64,000 nt of DNA from an uncultured Ruminococcus sp. GTDB lineage: Bacteria > Bacillota > Clostridia > Oscillospirales > CAG-382. Shown here piece after piece: positions 26,730 through 36,497 of this stretch. Each line of letters opens with the position of its first letter. Positions within the stretch are counted from its first letter, which is position 1. A program made the translations under genes and the position numbers. The notes below the pieces were generated by a model. That model saw only the letters and a list, made by a program, of their open reading frames with translations, did not search any database and had not been told where the DNA came from. Location of the stretch: contig CAZJVB010000001.1 of assembly GCA_964549435.1 (NCBI GenBank), positions 69,260-133,259 of the forward strand, read 5' to 3'.

Positions 26730-28466
26730 ATGAGATCGTTAAAAAAGAGCATCATGCTGCTGTTGGTCCTTGCTCTGACGCTCTGTTTGCTGGCGTCATG
26801 TTCCGGCGAGTCAGCGGCGATGCGGTATGGGGATCGGGTGTTGAGCGAGTCGGATTATGCCTATATGATGGCGTTTATCAAGGGATATTACGAGTATTAC
26901 TATTCCTACATGGCAAGTTATTATAGCTATACCATCAGTATGGATCAGTTATATGATCAGGAGGTCGGAGACGGCATTACGTTTGCGGAGGCATTGTCCA
27001 CATCGATTCTGGAGGATGCCAAGAGACTGCTGATCGTAGAGCAGCTTTGTGCAGAAGCCGGATTGACTGTCAGTGATTCGGAAAGTCTGGCGGATATCAG
27101 CGAGGCTTTGCAGGAATTGGAGGACGATTACGGCGGAGCGGATGCGCTTGATATCGAAATGGCGAAGCTCGGTCTGAAGCGTTCTTCCTGGGAAAGATAC
27201 GAGCAGTACAATCTTTTGAAATCTCTCCTGAAAGAGTATCGTTACGGGGAAAACGGTGTCGCACGTATTTCCGAAGCGGAGGTTCGTCAGGCGTTCACGG
27301 AAGGATATGTCAAGGCGGAAGGGTACCTATATAGCTATCTGGTCACGGATAGCAGTGGGAACCGGGCAATGTATGCGTATGATTTTGCCTCGGATTATGC
27401 AGAAGAGGATGTAGAAGCCTATTTTTTGCGCACCTTCCTGAAAATCAGTGCGCTTCGCTTTGAAAAAGAAGAGGCGGCAGAAAGCGCTTATGCAGCGCTT
27501 TCCGACGGAAGCGCCACCTTTGATGAGTATAAAGACAATGAGGACTGCGAGGTCACGTTTGAGGATGCTTTTGTCGGTCAGAGCGATATGTCGGAAACGT
27601 TGTATGAAGGGCTCAGAGAGGCGGGCGAGGATTCGTGGTACCTTTCCGGTGAAGAGGACGGCTATTATTATGTTGTGTTCTGCTCTCCGTTTACCGTATC
27701 GGATCTGACGGAAGAGGTGGAGAACGATGTTCGTGACGCGATGCTTGCGGAGGAAGCGTATTCGTACTTCCTTGACAACTATGTCACGGTTCGCCATATT
27801 CTTTACAGCGATGAAGAAACGGCAAAGCAGGTCTATGCGGATCTCTTGGCGGGGACGACTACCTTTGCTGAGCATGAATCTGAAACGCAGGACAGCGGAG
27901 TTCAGTATACCTTCACAAAGGGTACTATGGTAGACGAATTTGAGGAAGCGGCTTATCAGACCGAGGTGGGCGCTTATGCATTGGTAGAATCCGAATTTGG
28001 TTGGCATGTTTTGACGCGGCTTGAATTGGATTTGACCGGATATGAGTACAGCGATGTGGTTGCGGCGATGTCCCGTCTTCTGCTGCAAACGGCTGCGCAG
28101 GAACAGTATGAGGCAATTTGTGCCGGCTCAGCCTCCTTTGAGGAACCGGCGGAGGGTGCGTTGTATTCCTATTCCGAGCCTGCGCTGTTGGAGCTCTCTG
28201 AACAGAATGAACAATTGCAGGAGGCACTGAAAAATGCGCAGGAGGGCGAGGTGATCATGGTTGATCTGGATGCCTACGGCGTGTTTATCTTGCGGAAGCA
28301 TGCAACAACGGATGAAGATTTGAGCAGTGTTTATGATGAGGTCGAGTCACCGCTCATTGAAAATGCATTCGCGGCTTATCTGCAAACCTTTTTTGATGCC
28401 GTAGTCGTGAATACCTCTATCACAGATCAATTCGATGTTCGCACTGCGCAGACATTTTACTATTGA
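26730..28466 (+). CDS. Lipoprotein peptidyl-prolyl isomerase (parvulin/PrsA-like foldase)
   Basis: Start at ATG 26730 behind GGAGG. Lipobox LLASC. Parvulin core (VRHILY...FGWHVL). There is an unusual Tyr-rich run, YYEYYYSYMASYYSY. Confidence 0.8.
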   Translation: MRSLKKSIMLLLVLALTLCLLASCSGESAAMRYGDRVLSESDYAYMMAFIKGYYEYYYSYMASYYSYTISMDQLYDQEVGDGITFAEALSTSILEDAKRLLIVEQLCAEAGLTVSDSESLADISEALQELEDDYGGADALDIEMAKLGLKRSSWERYEQYNLLKSLLKEYRYGENGVARISEAEVRQAFTEGYVKAEGYLYSYLVTDSSGNRAMYAYDFASDYAEEDVEAYFLRTFLKISALRFEKEEAAESAYAALSDGSATFDEYKDNEDCEVTFEDAFVGQSDMSETLYEGLREAGEDSWYLSGEEDGYYYVVFCSPFTVSDLTEEVENDVRDAMLAEEAYSYFLDNYVTVRHILYSDEETAKQVYADLLAGTTTFAEHESETQDSGVQYTFTKGTMVDEFEEAAYQTEVGAYALVESEFGWHVLTRLELDLTGYEYSDVVAAMSRLLLQTAAQEQYEAICAGSASFEEPAEGALYSYSEPALLELSEQNEQLQEALKNAQEGEVIMVDLDAYGVFILRKHATTDEDLSSVYDEVESPLIENAFAAYLQTFFDAVVVNTSITDQFDVRTAQTFYY

Positions 28467-28485
28467 TTATTGATAAGCTCTTAAA

Positions 28486-28514
28486 GGAACGGCTTTCCGC
28501 CGTTCTTTTTTTTG
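28486..28514 (+). terminator. Rho-independent terminator after the foldase gene
   Basis: GGAACGGC/GCCGTTC hairpin followed by TTTTTTTT. Confidence 0.7.
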
Positions 28515-28521
28515 CCTGATA

Positions 28522-28548
28522 TCAGCACTCTCGTAAAAAGAGTGCTAA
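28522..28548. promoter_or_regulatory. CIRCE element (HrcA operator) upstream of clpB
   Basis: TCAGCACTC-N9-GAGTGCTAA matches the consensus TTAGCACTC-N9-GAGTGCTAA at 17 of 18 positions. It overlaps a TGcTAAAAT extended -10 box at 28543-28551. Confidence 0.8.
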
Positions 28549-28666
28549 AATTCATATTAAAATAAAGAAAGACGGTAAAAAAATTCATATTTTAAGGCTA
28601 TACTGTGTCTGTAAACGGAGTGATATCCGATTTTTAAAAGCATTTCATAGAAAGGAGTGCTACTTT

Positions 28667-31246
28667 ATGAATGAACAAAAACTGACTGCAAAATCTGCGG
28701 ATGCGCTGCGCACTGCGCAGCAGATTGCCGGGGAATACGGAAACCAGACGTTGGAGCAGATTCACCTGCTGGATGCGCTGCTGACGCAGGACGAGGGGTT
28801 GATTCCGCATTTATTGGAAAAATGCGGAAAGCAGCCGCGTGCCCTTGCTGAAGCCTGTTTGCGCGAGATTGAAAAATTGCCGAAGGTTTCCGGAGCCGGT
28901 ATGTATCTTTCCAAAACGCTGTCTCAAACCTTGGATGATGCGGAAAAGCTTTCTGCCCGGATGGGGGACTCGTTTGTCTCCGTGGAGCACTTGCTTTTGG
29001 CATTGCTGGATGCGCCGGATTCGGTGCTGAAAGCTCTGTTTCGGGAGTATGGAGTGGAGCGTGGTGCTGTCGAGAATGCGCTCAAGGAGATCCGCGGCAA
29101 TACTCGTGTAACCGGCGACCATCCGGAGGAAACCTATGAAGCGCTGACAAAATACGGCACAGATCTTGTAGAACAGGCGCGCCGTAATCAGCTGGATCCC
29201 GTGATCGGGCGGGATGAGGAAATCCGAAACGTCATTCGGATCCTTTCTAGAAAGACAAAAAATAATCCAGTACTGATCGGGGAGCCGGGGGTCGGTAAGA
29301 CGGCGATTGCAGAAGGTCTGGCGCAGAGAATCGTTGCAGGGGACGTACCTTCCACATTGAAGGATAAAACCATTTTTTCGCTGGACATGGGTGCGCTGAT
29401 TGCGGGCGCAAAATACCGCGGTGAATTCGAGGAGCGCTTAAAGTCGGTTCTGAATGAGGTCAGGAAAAGCGAGGGCAGAATCATCATGTTCATTGATGAG
29501 CTCCATACCATTGTGGGTGCCGGCAAGACCGACGGTGCGATGGATGCGGGAAATCTGCTGAAACCGATGCTTGCGCGCGGTGAGCTTCACTGTATCGGTG
29601 CAACCACGTTGGATGAATATCGTCAGTATATTGAAAAAGACGCTGCACTGGAACGACGTTTTCAGACGGTTTTGGTCTCGGAGCCAACCGTGGAGGATAC
29701 GGTTGCGATTCTGCGCGGTTTGAAGGAGCGCTTTGAAAATTTCCATGGCGTGCGGATTCTGGATTCCGCGATCATTGCCGCCGTCACGCTTTCCAACCGT
29801 TATATTACAGATCGTTTCCTGCCGGATAAGGCGATCGACCTGATCGATGAGGCCTGTGCGATGGTGCATACAGAGATCGAATCGATGCCGACCGAATTGG
29901 ATGTGATTCGTCGTAAGAGCATCCAGCTGGAAATTGAAGAGGAGGCCTTGAAAAAGGAGGATGACGAAATCTCTCGTGAGCATCTTGCAGAGGTGCAGAA
30001 GGAACTTGCCGGCGTCCGAGAACAGTATAATGCTTTGAAGGTCAAATGGGAAAATGAAAAATCCGGTCTGGATAAAGTGCACGATCTGAAAACAAGGATC
30101 GAGCAGGTGACTGCGGAAATTGCGGCTGCGGAACGGGAATATCGGCTGGAAAAAGCGGCGGAATTGAAATACGGGGAGCTGCCGAAGCTGAAAGAGCAGC
30201 TTTCGCGTGCCGAAGAACAAATGACTGGCTCGGAAAAGAAAACCATCCTGCGGGATAAAGTGACCGATGCGGAAATTGCGGGGATAGTAGAACGCTGGAC
30301 CGGCATTCCGGTTTCCCGTTTGATGGAGGGGGATCGCGAAAAGCTGCTTCATTTGGGTGAGACTCTGCATCAGCGAATCATTGGGCAGGACGAAGCGGTG
30401 GAGAAGGTAGTCGGATCCATTTTGCGTTCCCGCGCGGGAATCAAAAATCCTAACCGTCCGATTGGCTCGTTTCTGTTTCTCGGACCGACCGGTGTCGGTA
30501 AAACCGAGCTGGCAAAAGCTTTAACAGAAGCATTGTTTGACGATGAACGCAACATGATCCGGATCGATATGTCGGAATATATGGAGAAATATGCTGTTTC
30601 TCGACTGATCGGCGCCCCTCCGGGATATGTCGGATATGAAGAGGGTGGGCAACTTACGGAAGCAGTTCGCCGTAAACCGTACTCTGTCGTTCTCTTTGAT
30701 GAGATTGAAAAAGCACATCCGGATGTGTTTCATATTTTACTGCAGGTGTTGGATGACGGACGGATCACGGATTCTCACGGTCGTATCGTAGATTTCAAGA
30801 ATACGGTGATTATCCTGACCTCTAACCTCGGTTCGCAATATATTCTGGAAGGGATTCGCGAAAACGGTGAACTTGCGCAAGAAGCGCGGGAAGCGGTTAC
30901 AGCGTTGCTACGACAGTCTTTCCGACCGGAGTTTCTGAATCGTTTGGATGAAACAGTATTTTACCGCCCACTGACGAAAGAAAACGTCGGTCATATTGTA
31001 GAACTGATCCTTGCCGACGTCAATCGCCGTCTTGCCGATCAGTATCTGACGGTTCGTCTTACGCCTGCGGCAAAAGAGTATGTTTTGGAAGGCGGTTATG
31101 ATCCGCAATATGGTGCCCGTCCGTTAAAACGATTTGTCCAGCAAGAGGTTGAAACCCTTCTTGCCAAGCATATCATTGAAGGAAATGCGGTGCCACATAC
31201 AGTGTTAACCGTTGACCTTGTTGACGGTGCTCTGCAAATTCAATAG
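28667..31246 (+). CDS. clpB: ATP-dependent chaperone/disaggregase ClpB
   Basis: 859 aa. Two AAA+ modules ([18 protein letters not shown]) separated by a long coiled-coil middle domain. Confidence 0.96.
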   Translation: MNEQKLTAKSADALRTAQQIAGEYGNQTLEQIHLLDALLTQDEGLIPHLLEKCGKQPRALAEACLREIEKLPKVSGAGMYLSKTLSQTLDDAEKLSARMGDSFVSVEHLLLALLDAPDSVLKALFREYGVERGAVENALKEIRGNTRVTGDHPEETYEALTKYGTDLVEQARRNQLDPVIGRDEEIRNVIRILSRKTKNNPVLIGEPGVGKTAIAEGLAQRIVAGDVPSTLKDKTIFSLDMGALIAGAKYRGEFEERLKSVLNEVRKSEGRIIMFIDELHTIVGAGKTDGAMDAGNLLKPMLARGELHCIGATTLDEYRQYIEKDAALERRFQTVLVSEPTVEDTVAILRGLKERFENFHGVRILDSAIIAAVTLSNRYITDRFLPDKAIDLIDEACAMVHTEIESMPTELDVIRRKSIQLEIEEEALKKEDDEISREHLAEVQKELAGVREQYNALKVKWENEKSGLDKVHDLKTRIEQVTAEIAAAEREYRLEKAAELKYGELPKLKEQLSRAEEQMTGSEKKTILRDKVTDAEIAGIVERWTGIPVSRLMEGDREKLLHLGETLHQRIIGQDEAVEKVVGSILRSRAGIKNPNRPIGSFLFLGPTGVGKTELAKALTEALFDDERNMIRIDMSEYMEKYAVSRLIGAPPGYVGYEEGGQLTEAVRRKPYSVVLFDEIEKAHPDVFHILLQVLDDGRITDSHGRIVDFKNTVIILTSNLGSQYILEGIRENGELAQEAREAVTALLRQSFRPEFLNRLDETVFYRPLTKENVGHIVELILADVNRRLADQYLTVRLTPAAKEYVLEGGYDPQYGARPLKRFVQQEVETLLAKHIIEGNAVPHTVLTVDLVDGALQIQ

Positions 31247-31250
31247 ATTT

Positions 31251-31295
31251 TTGCCCCGCATTCGTGTATAGGATGCGGGGCAATGCTGATTTTTG
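31251..31295 (+). terminator. Rho-independent terminator after clpB
   Basis: TTGCCCCGCAT/ATGCGGGGCAA 11-bp stem with a downstream T run. Confidence 0.65.
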
Positions 31296-31360
31296 GGAAG
31301 ACTACTTAACAGCAGAGCTTACTGCCGGACAAAATTTTTGGTTGTTTGTTTTAATTCCTA

Positions 31361-31389
31361 TTGACAAAGTATGTTTTATGTGCTATCAT
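31361..31389 (+). promoter_or_regulatory. Sigma-A-type promoter (TTGACA-17-TATCAT) for nifS-nifU
   Basis: Perfect -35 and a 17-nt spacer. Confidence 0.6.
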
Positions 31390-31422
31390 CCTATTGTCTG
31401 AAAAGGACATGATTTCACGGAG

Positions 31423-32634
31423 GTGATCTTGTTGAAGGAAGAGGAAAAGAGAATTTATGTTGACCACGCTGCAACAACAGCTATGAGTCGGCAGGCATTG
31501 GAGGCGATGTTGCCCTATTTGACGGAGGAATACGGAAATCCTTCCAGTCTGCATACAGTAGGACAGCGGGCGGCCGAAGCATTGGAACGTGCACGTGGGG
31601 AGCTTGCAGAAATGCTGGGGGCAACCTCACGGGAACTTTATTTTACTTCCGGCGGCAGCGAATCGGATAATCAAGCACTGATGACTGCCGCAAGATGGGG
31701 AGAAAAGAAAGGGAAGAAGCATATCGTTTCAACGGCATTTGAGCATCATGCTGTTCTGCATCCGCTGCAGCGATTGGCGAAGGAAGGCTTTGATGTGACC
31801 TTTCTGGATGTACACGAGAACGGTTTGGTCTCCGCAGAAGAGGTACGTCAGGCGATCCGCCCGGATACTTGTCTCGTAAGTGTGATGTATGCAAATAATG
31901 AGATCGGTACAGTGCAGCCGATCGCGGAGATCGGAGAAGTCTGCCGCGAAAGGGGCGTTCTTTTCCATACAGATGCGGTGCAGGCAGCGGGGCATTTGCC
32001 GATTGATGTACAGAAACAGAAGATTGATCTGCTCTCGTTATCTGCCCATAAGTTTCATGGACCGAAGGGCGTCGGGCTGCTGTATTGTCGTAAGGGAATT
32101 CCGCTGCAGCCACTGCTGGAGGGCGGTGCGCAGGAACGCGGTAAGCGCGCCGGAACCGAAAATGTTGCCGGAATCGTCGCGATGGCAGTGGCATTACGCG
32201 AGGCGGTAGAGCGGATGGAAGCAAACGAAAAGTATGTACGTGCTCTGCGGGATCGTTTGATTGCGGGATTGGAAAAGATTCCGCATGCTGCGCTCAATGG
32301 TGACCGGAATGCGAGACTGCCCGGAAATGTCAACTTTTGCTTCGAAGGGATTGAAGGCGAATCCTTGCTGCTTTTATTAGATTTGAAAGGCATCTGCGCT
32401 TCTTCCGGCTCTGCATGCACATCCGGTTCTCTGGAGCCGAGTCACGTGCTGCTGGCGATCGGGCGTCCGCATGAAGTGGCGCATGGGTCTCTGCGTCTGA
32501 CGTTGGATGTGGAGAATACAGAGGAGGATATCGATACTCTGTTGCATTGGATTCCTTGGGCGGTTACCCGTTTGCGTGAGATGTCACCGGTTTGGAAGAA
32601 ATTGGCCGCGGGGGAAAGCACGTTTTTGCTTTGA
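31423..32634 (+). CDS. nifS: Cysteine desulfurase (NifS type)
   Basis: PLP-lysine context SLSAHKFHGPKG and active-site loop SSGSACTSG. The true start is probably the TTG at 31429 or 31432, downstream of GGAGG at 31418-31422. Confidence 0.9.
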   Translation: MILLKEEEKRIYVDHAATTAMSRQALEAMLPYLTEEYGNPSSLHTVGQRAAEALERARGELAEMLGATSRELYFTSGGSESDNQALMTAARWGEKKGKKHIVSTAFEHHAVLHPLQRLAKEGFDVTFLDVHENGLVSAEEVRQAIRPDTCLVSVMYANNEIGTVQPIAEIGEVCRERGVLFHTDAVQAAGHLPIDVQKQKIDLLSLSAHKFHGPKGVGLLYCRKGIPLQPLLEGGAQERGKRAGTENVAGIVAMAVALREAVERMEANEKYVRALRDRLIAGLEKIPHAALNGDRNARLPGNVNFCFEGIEGESLLLLLDLKGICASSGSACTSGSLEPSHVLLAIGRPHEVAHGSLRLTLDVENTEEDIDTLLHWIPWAVTRLREMSPVWKKLAAGESTFLL

Positions 32635-32670
32635 ACGCTTGAAATAGAATCAGAAAGGAATGAGAGAAAA

Positions 32671-33084
32671 ATGGCTTTATACAGCGAAAAGGTAATGGAT
32701 CATTTTACAAATCCGCGTAATGTCGGGACGCTTGATGACGCTGATGGCGTCGGAGAAGTCGGGAATGCCCGCTGCGGAGATATCATGAAAATATACTTGA
32801 AAATTGATAACGAAATCATCACGGATGTTAAGTTCGAAACCTTCGGCTGCGGTTCTGCAATTGCATCCAGTTCGATGGCGACGGAAATGATTAAAGGAAA
32901 ATCGGTTGACGAGGCGCTTTCTCTGACCAATCAGGCGATTGCCGAAGCGTTGGACGGGTTACCGCCTCATAAGATGCACTGCTCCGTTTTGGCGGAGGAA
33001 GCCATCCGGGCGGCGCTGGAAGACTATTATACTCGTTCCGGTAAGCCGGTGCCCGTTGAAATATTGGCAAAGAAAGAGGAATAA
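32671..33084 (+). CDS. nifU: Fe-S cluster assembly scaffold (NifU/IscU N-terminal type)
   Basis: 137 aa with the three scaffold cysteines (GNARCGD, FGCGSAIASSS, KMHCS). Confidence 0.92.
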   Translation: MALYSEKVMDHFTNPRNVGTLDDADGVGEVGNARCGDIMKIYLKIDNEIITDVKFETFGCGSAIASSSMATEMIKGKSVDEALSLTNQAIAEALDGLPPHKMHCSVLAEEAIRAALEDYYTRSGKPVPVEILAKKEE

Positions 33085-33090
33085 TGTGCA

Positions 33091-33121
33091 GTCGGGAGGC
33101 AGTTCGCCTCCCGACTTTTTC
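33091..33121 (+). terminator. Rho-independent terminator after nifU
   Basis: GTCGGGAGGC/GCCTCCCGAC 10-bp stem followed by TTTTTC. Confidence 0.75.
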
Positions 33122-33127
33122 TTGCTC

Positions 33128-34864
33128 TCATTCCGGCTGTACGCATGGAGATGCTGAAAATTGCAGCCCGTGCATTCGGTTGACGCAGCAGAGCGTGTCA
33201 AGCGGACGAAGTTCTTCGTACCAATTCCACGCGGCGTCCGGAAGCAGAGAATGGTGTTTGAACGGTTCGATGGAAAATAGCTTTTCGTGGATTTTCTGAA
33301 CTTTTTCCGTGAGCTCTTCTGTGCCAGCGTCCTTATCAGTGAGAAGCTGTTCCATGATGAGGGCAAGCGACTGCATCTGCTCCTTGGAAACGATTGCAGT
33401 CAAATGCGTGATATCCGCGCTATAGTTGTCAAGAAAGATATTCTTTTGATTTTCTATTTCGACTGTACGGAAGTATAAAAAGGGCTGTGAGGATTTTTTG
33501 AGTGCGAGGAAGCGGTGCTCCGTCCATTGTGCCGGCGGTATTTCACTCTGGGGCGGGAGTTTCAACGCTTTAACGGAGGCCGTCATGTCCTTTGCTCGGT
33601 AATCGTCCATCAGGAGCACGCGGTCTGCATAACCAAGATATTCACTACTGCCGCCGATGACAAGCACGGTTGAGACGCCTTTGCTGAGGACAAGCTCCCT
33701 CACGCGGTCTGTAAACGGTATAATCGGATCGTTTGGCACGATTTTTCGCATCCTGTCATCGCGTATCATAAAGTTGGTTGCGCTTTTGTCCTCGTCAATC
33801 AGAAGCAGCTTAGAGCCGTTGCAAATGCTTTCTACGATATTTGCAGCTTGTGAAACACTTCCGCTGGCATGAAGTGTGGAAAATATTCCTTCGTTTTGCG
33901 TGGGGAGAAATCGAAAGAATGGAGTCAAATTCAGTTGGTGGACCGGTCTGCCGTCCTCGGCATCGATTTTCAAAGCGCTTCTGTCTGTGATGACGTATTC
34001 CCGTCCGTCGCCGGGGATGTGGTCATAGATACCTTGCTCGATGGCGTCCAGAAGTGTCGATTTGCCGGAATAGCCTCCGCCGGTGATCACGGTTACGCCC
34101 TGACGAATTGCCATTCCGGTCAGTTCCGTTCCATCTGGGAGGCAGATGGTTTCCCGAAGTTCCTCCGGTGATCGAAAGGGAATTGCATTTTTCATGGGCT
34201 GCTCTGTGCCGTTTTCTCGCGGCAGGATACTGCCTTCAGCAATGAAAGCGCACAGCTTTTGCTGCTTTATATACGCGCGAAGGAATTGCTGGTTCCGGTA
34301 CACTTGTTTGTAAGCAGTCGCTTTCTCTTGATCAAGTGAGTGGATCGCATCCTCAATCCTGTCTAAAAGTTCTTTGAGCGCCCGGAATGTTGCTTTTGCG
34401 TTTATGGATAGAGCGTTGACAAGCGGAACCTGAAAATGAATTTCTAAAACAAAAGCATGAGCTTGTCTGTCATGATATATTCCGTTTCTCCGGAGTATCT
34501 TATGATTGATGGGCTGCGCTGCAAAGCTTGCTTTTTCGCGGCGATTTTTATCTGTGTTGGCGTAATCGTCACTTAGCTGTTTGCATAGCGGGGAGAAAAC
34601 ATGCAACAGGTAGGTTTCCAATGGCAATATGTCAGTACCGTCCGTATCCGTCAAGACGGTTGTCGGGATCTCTACATACAGTAGAAGTCTTTCGGCATTT
34701 CTGTGACCGGTTCCTGCAAACCGAAAACGCAGGGAGCGATAGGAATAGGTCTTTTCTTTTTCCGCGTCCTCTGCTCTTTCGGCGAAGCGGTCATTATACA
34801 GCCAGTGAAGTTCGGTTTTGCTTTTTCCCTGCATCTTTAAAATAGTGGATTTGAATCTTTGCAT
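33128..34864 (-). CDS. ABC-class ATPase domain protein (PF09818-like, uncharacterised)
   Basis: 578 aa. Walker A ITGGGYSGKSTLL, Walker B-like LLLIDEDKSATNFM, and a characteristic long N-terminal domain. Confidence 0.75.
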   Translation of the reverse strand: MQRFKSTILKMQGKSKTELHWLYNDRFAERAEDAEKEKTYSYRSLRFRFAGTGHRNAERLLLYVEIPTTVLTDTDGTDILPLETYLLHVFSPLCKQLSDDYANTDKNRREKASFAAQPINHKILRRNGIYHDRQAHAFVLEIHFQVPLVNALSINAKATFRALKELLDRIEDAIHSLDQEKATAYKQVYRNQQFLRAYIKQQKLCAFIAEGSILPRENGTEQPMKNAIPFRSPEELRETICLPDGTELTGMAIRQGVTVITGGGYSGKSTLLDAIEQGIYDHIPGDGREYVITDRSALKIDAEDGRPVHQLNLTPFFRFLPTQNEGIFSTLHASGSVSQAANIVESICNGSKLLLIDEDKSATNFMIRDDRMRKIVPNDPIIPFTDRVRELVLSKGVSTVLVIGGSSEYLGYADRVLLMDDYRAKDMTASVKALKLPPQSEIPPAQWTEHRFLALKKSSQPFLYFRTVEIENQKNIFLDNYSADITHLTAIVSKEQMQSLALIMEQLLTDKDAGTEELTEKVQKIHEKLFSIEPFKHHSLLPDAAWNWYEELRPLDTLCCVNRMHGLQFSASPCVQPE

Positions 34865-34934
34865 GGATGAATCGTCCTTCTTTCAAAATAGTTTGCATAA
34901 AATGACTTCTACGCGAAAGACGATTCTTTTTGGG

Positions 34935-34967
34935 CATTATAAAAGCGCGTCCGTATCCGAACACGCT
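34935..34967 (-). terminator. Intrinsic terminator/attenuator inside the leader of the ABC-class ATPase gene
   Basis: On the minus-strand RNA: AGCGUGUUCG-GAUA-CGGACGCGCU (10 bp including two G-U pairs) followed by UUUUAUAAU. Confidence 0.55.
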
Positions 34968-34988
34968 TTCACATATTTCTACCCGTAT

Positions 34989-35051
34989 CTATAAAATGCG
35001 GTAAGCGGCAGTCAATATGGCGTCGGATATCAGAAGCTTAAGAATCGTCAT
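34989..35051 (-). CDS. Tentative 20-aa hydrophobic micro-ORF (MTILKLLISDAILTAAYRIL)
   Basis: ATG lies 6 nt after GGTAGGTGG. It is bracketed by a consensus promoter and a terminator. An in-frame ATG at 35072 would give 27 aa but has no RBS. Confidence 0.3.
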   Translation of the reverse strand: MTILKLLISDAILTAAYRIL

Positions 35052-35098
35052 ATAGAACCACCTACCTTTCATGCGTATAATCATTTGATGATAGTCGT

Positions 35099-35127
35099 AT
35101 TATAACACATAGGCAGCAAATAGTCAA
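35099..35127 (-). promoter_or_regulatory. Near-consensus sigma-A promoter (TTGACT-17-TGtTATAAT)
   Basis: -35 TTGACT, 17-nt spacer, extended -10. It points towards the micro-ORF and the ABC-class ATPase gene. Confidence 0.6.
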
Positions 35128-35145
35128 GAGAGAAATATCGTTTTC

Positions 35146-35176
35146 ATAAATAAAAATCCCGGCGAAACGCCGGGAT
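35146..35176 (-). terminator. Rho-independent terminator after the MsmX-like ATPase gene
   Basis: ATCCCGGCG-AAA-CGCCGGGAT hairpin followed on the minus strand by UUUUUAUUU. Confidence 0.75.
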
Positions 35177-35189
35177 CTCAAAAATTGAT

Positions 35190-36338
35190 TTAATGAATGA
35201 TGATCTTTTCGGTTTCCTTGTCAAAGAAATGGATCAGAGAAGTATCAATTGCAATTTCTACATTGTCGCCGGATTTAGCTTCAGAGCGGGAGGACACGCG
35301 AGAAATCATATTGATCGGTTCACCTTCCTCATCATCTCCGAAGTTCAGATACAGGTAAATTTCTGCACCCATCAATTCAGTGAATTCTACATCTGCCTTA
35401 AGGATCGAATCCTTGAATTTTTCCATGTAAACCGGCTCGTCATGCAGCAACTCCGGACGAAGTGCGGCGATGACCTGCTTTGCAGGCTTTCCGGGTTTTC
35501 CGATGTATTCCTGCAATTCTTCCGCTTCCGCTTTTTCTCGGGGGAGAAGAAGACTGTTGCGACCGAACTCCATATAAACGCCGTCTTCTTTTCTGATCAG
35601 ATTGCAGTTGACAAAGTTCATCTGCGGCGTACCGATAAAGCCGGCGACAAAAATATTACAGGGCTTGTCGTAGAGATTCTGAGGCGTATCAACCTGTTGG
35701 ATCAGACCATCCTTCATAACAACAATGCGGGTAGCCATGGTCATAGCTTCTACCTGATCGTGGGTAACGTAAATAAAGGTGGTTTTGAGCTTGATATGCA
35801 GCTTGGTCAATTCGGTTCTCATGGCAGCACGGAGCTTTGCATCCAAGTTGGACAGAGGCTCGTCAAGAAGGAAGACCTTCGGCTCACGGACAATGGCACG
35901 CCCCAAAGCGACACGCTGTTTCTGACCGCCTGACAGCGCCTTCGGCTTTCTGTCAAGAAGATGCGAGATGTCAAGAATTTTTGCGGCTTCTTCCACACGC
36001 TTTTTGATTTCTTCTTTTCTGACTTTACGCAGTTTCAGACCGAATGCCATGTTATCGAATACGGTCATATGGGGATACAACGCGTAGTTCTGGAACACCA
36101 TGGCGATGTCTCTGTCTTTCGGCGCAACATCATTCACGCGCTTATCGCCGATAAAGAGTTCGCCCTCCGTGATTTCTTCCAGACCTGCGATCATGCGCAG
36201 TGTTGTGGTTTTACCGCAGCCGGAAGGACCGACGAGGATAATAAACTCTTTGTCTTTGATTTCCAGATTGAAATCCGATACCGCAGTTACACCGCCCGGA
36301 TATCTTTTGTACATATGCTTGAAAAGAACACTTGCCAT
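35190..36338 (-). CDS. Carbohydrate-type ABC transporter ATP-binding protein (MalK/MsmX/UgpC family), orphan
   Basis: Start at ATG 36338 behind GGAGG. GPSGCGKTT, LSGGQKQRV and LLDEPLSNLD motifs, plus a C-terminal MalK-like regulatory domain. Confidence 0.88.
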   Translation of the reverse strand: MASVLFKHMYKRYPGGVTAVSDFNLEIKDKEFIILVGPSGCGKTTTLRMIAGLEEITEGELFIGDKRVNDVAPKDRDIAMVFQNYALYPHMTVFDNMAFGLKLRKVRKEEIKKRVEEAAKILDISHLLDRKPKALSGGQKQRVALGRAIVREPKVFLLDEPLSNLDAKLRAAMRTELTKLHIKLKTTFIYVTHDQVEAMTMATRIVVMKDGLIQQVDTPQNLYDKPCNIFVAGFIGTPQMNFVNCNLIRKEDGVYMEFGRNSLLLPREKAEAEELQEYIGKPGKPAKQVIAALRPELLHDEPVYMEKFKDSILKADVEFTELMGAEIYLYLNFGDDEEGEPINMISRVSSRSEAKSGDNVEIAIDTSLIHFFDKETEKIIIH

Positions 36339-36497
36339 TGCATGAACCTCCTGATGAGGACAAAAATGCACCTCAACCGTTTCGCATAAAATTTCTGCTA
36401 ATATAATAGCAAAAAAACAAAAGGAATGTAAGTACCTAACTACCCAAAATTTAGTTTTTCCTTTTAGTAATCATGCACAAGTGCCGAGAGAATTCTG

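Noticed and set aside
29438-30370. 310-aa minus-strand ORF antisense to clpB
   Set aside because: It lies inside the ClpB coiled-coil region, whose Glu/Lys/Leu codons generate a long open antisense frame. No independent signals are present.
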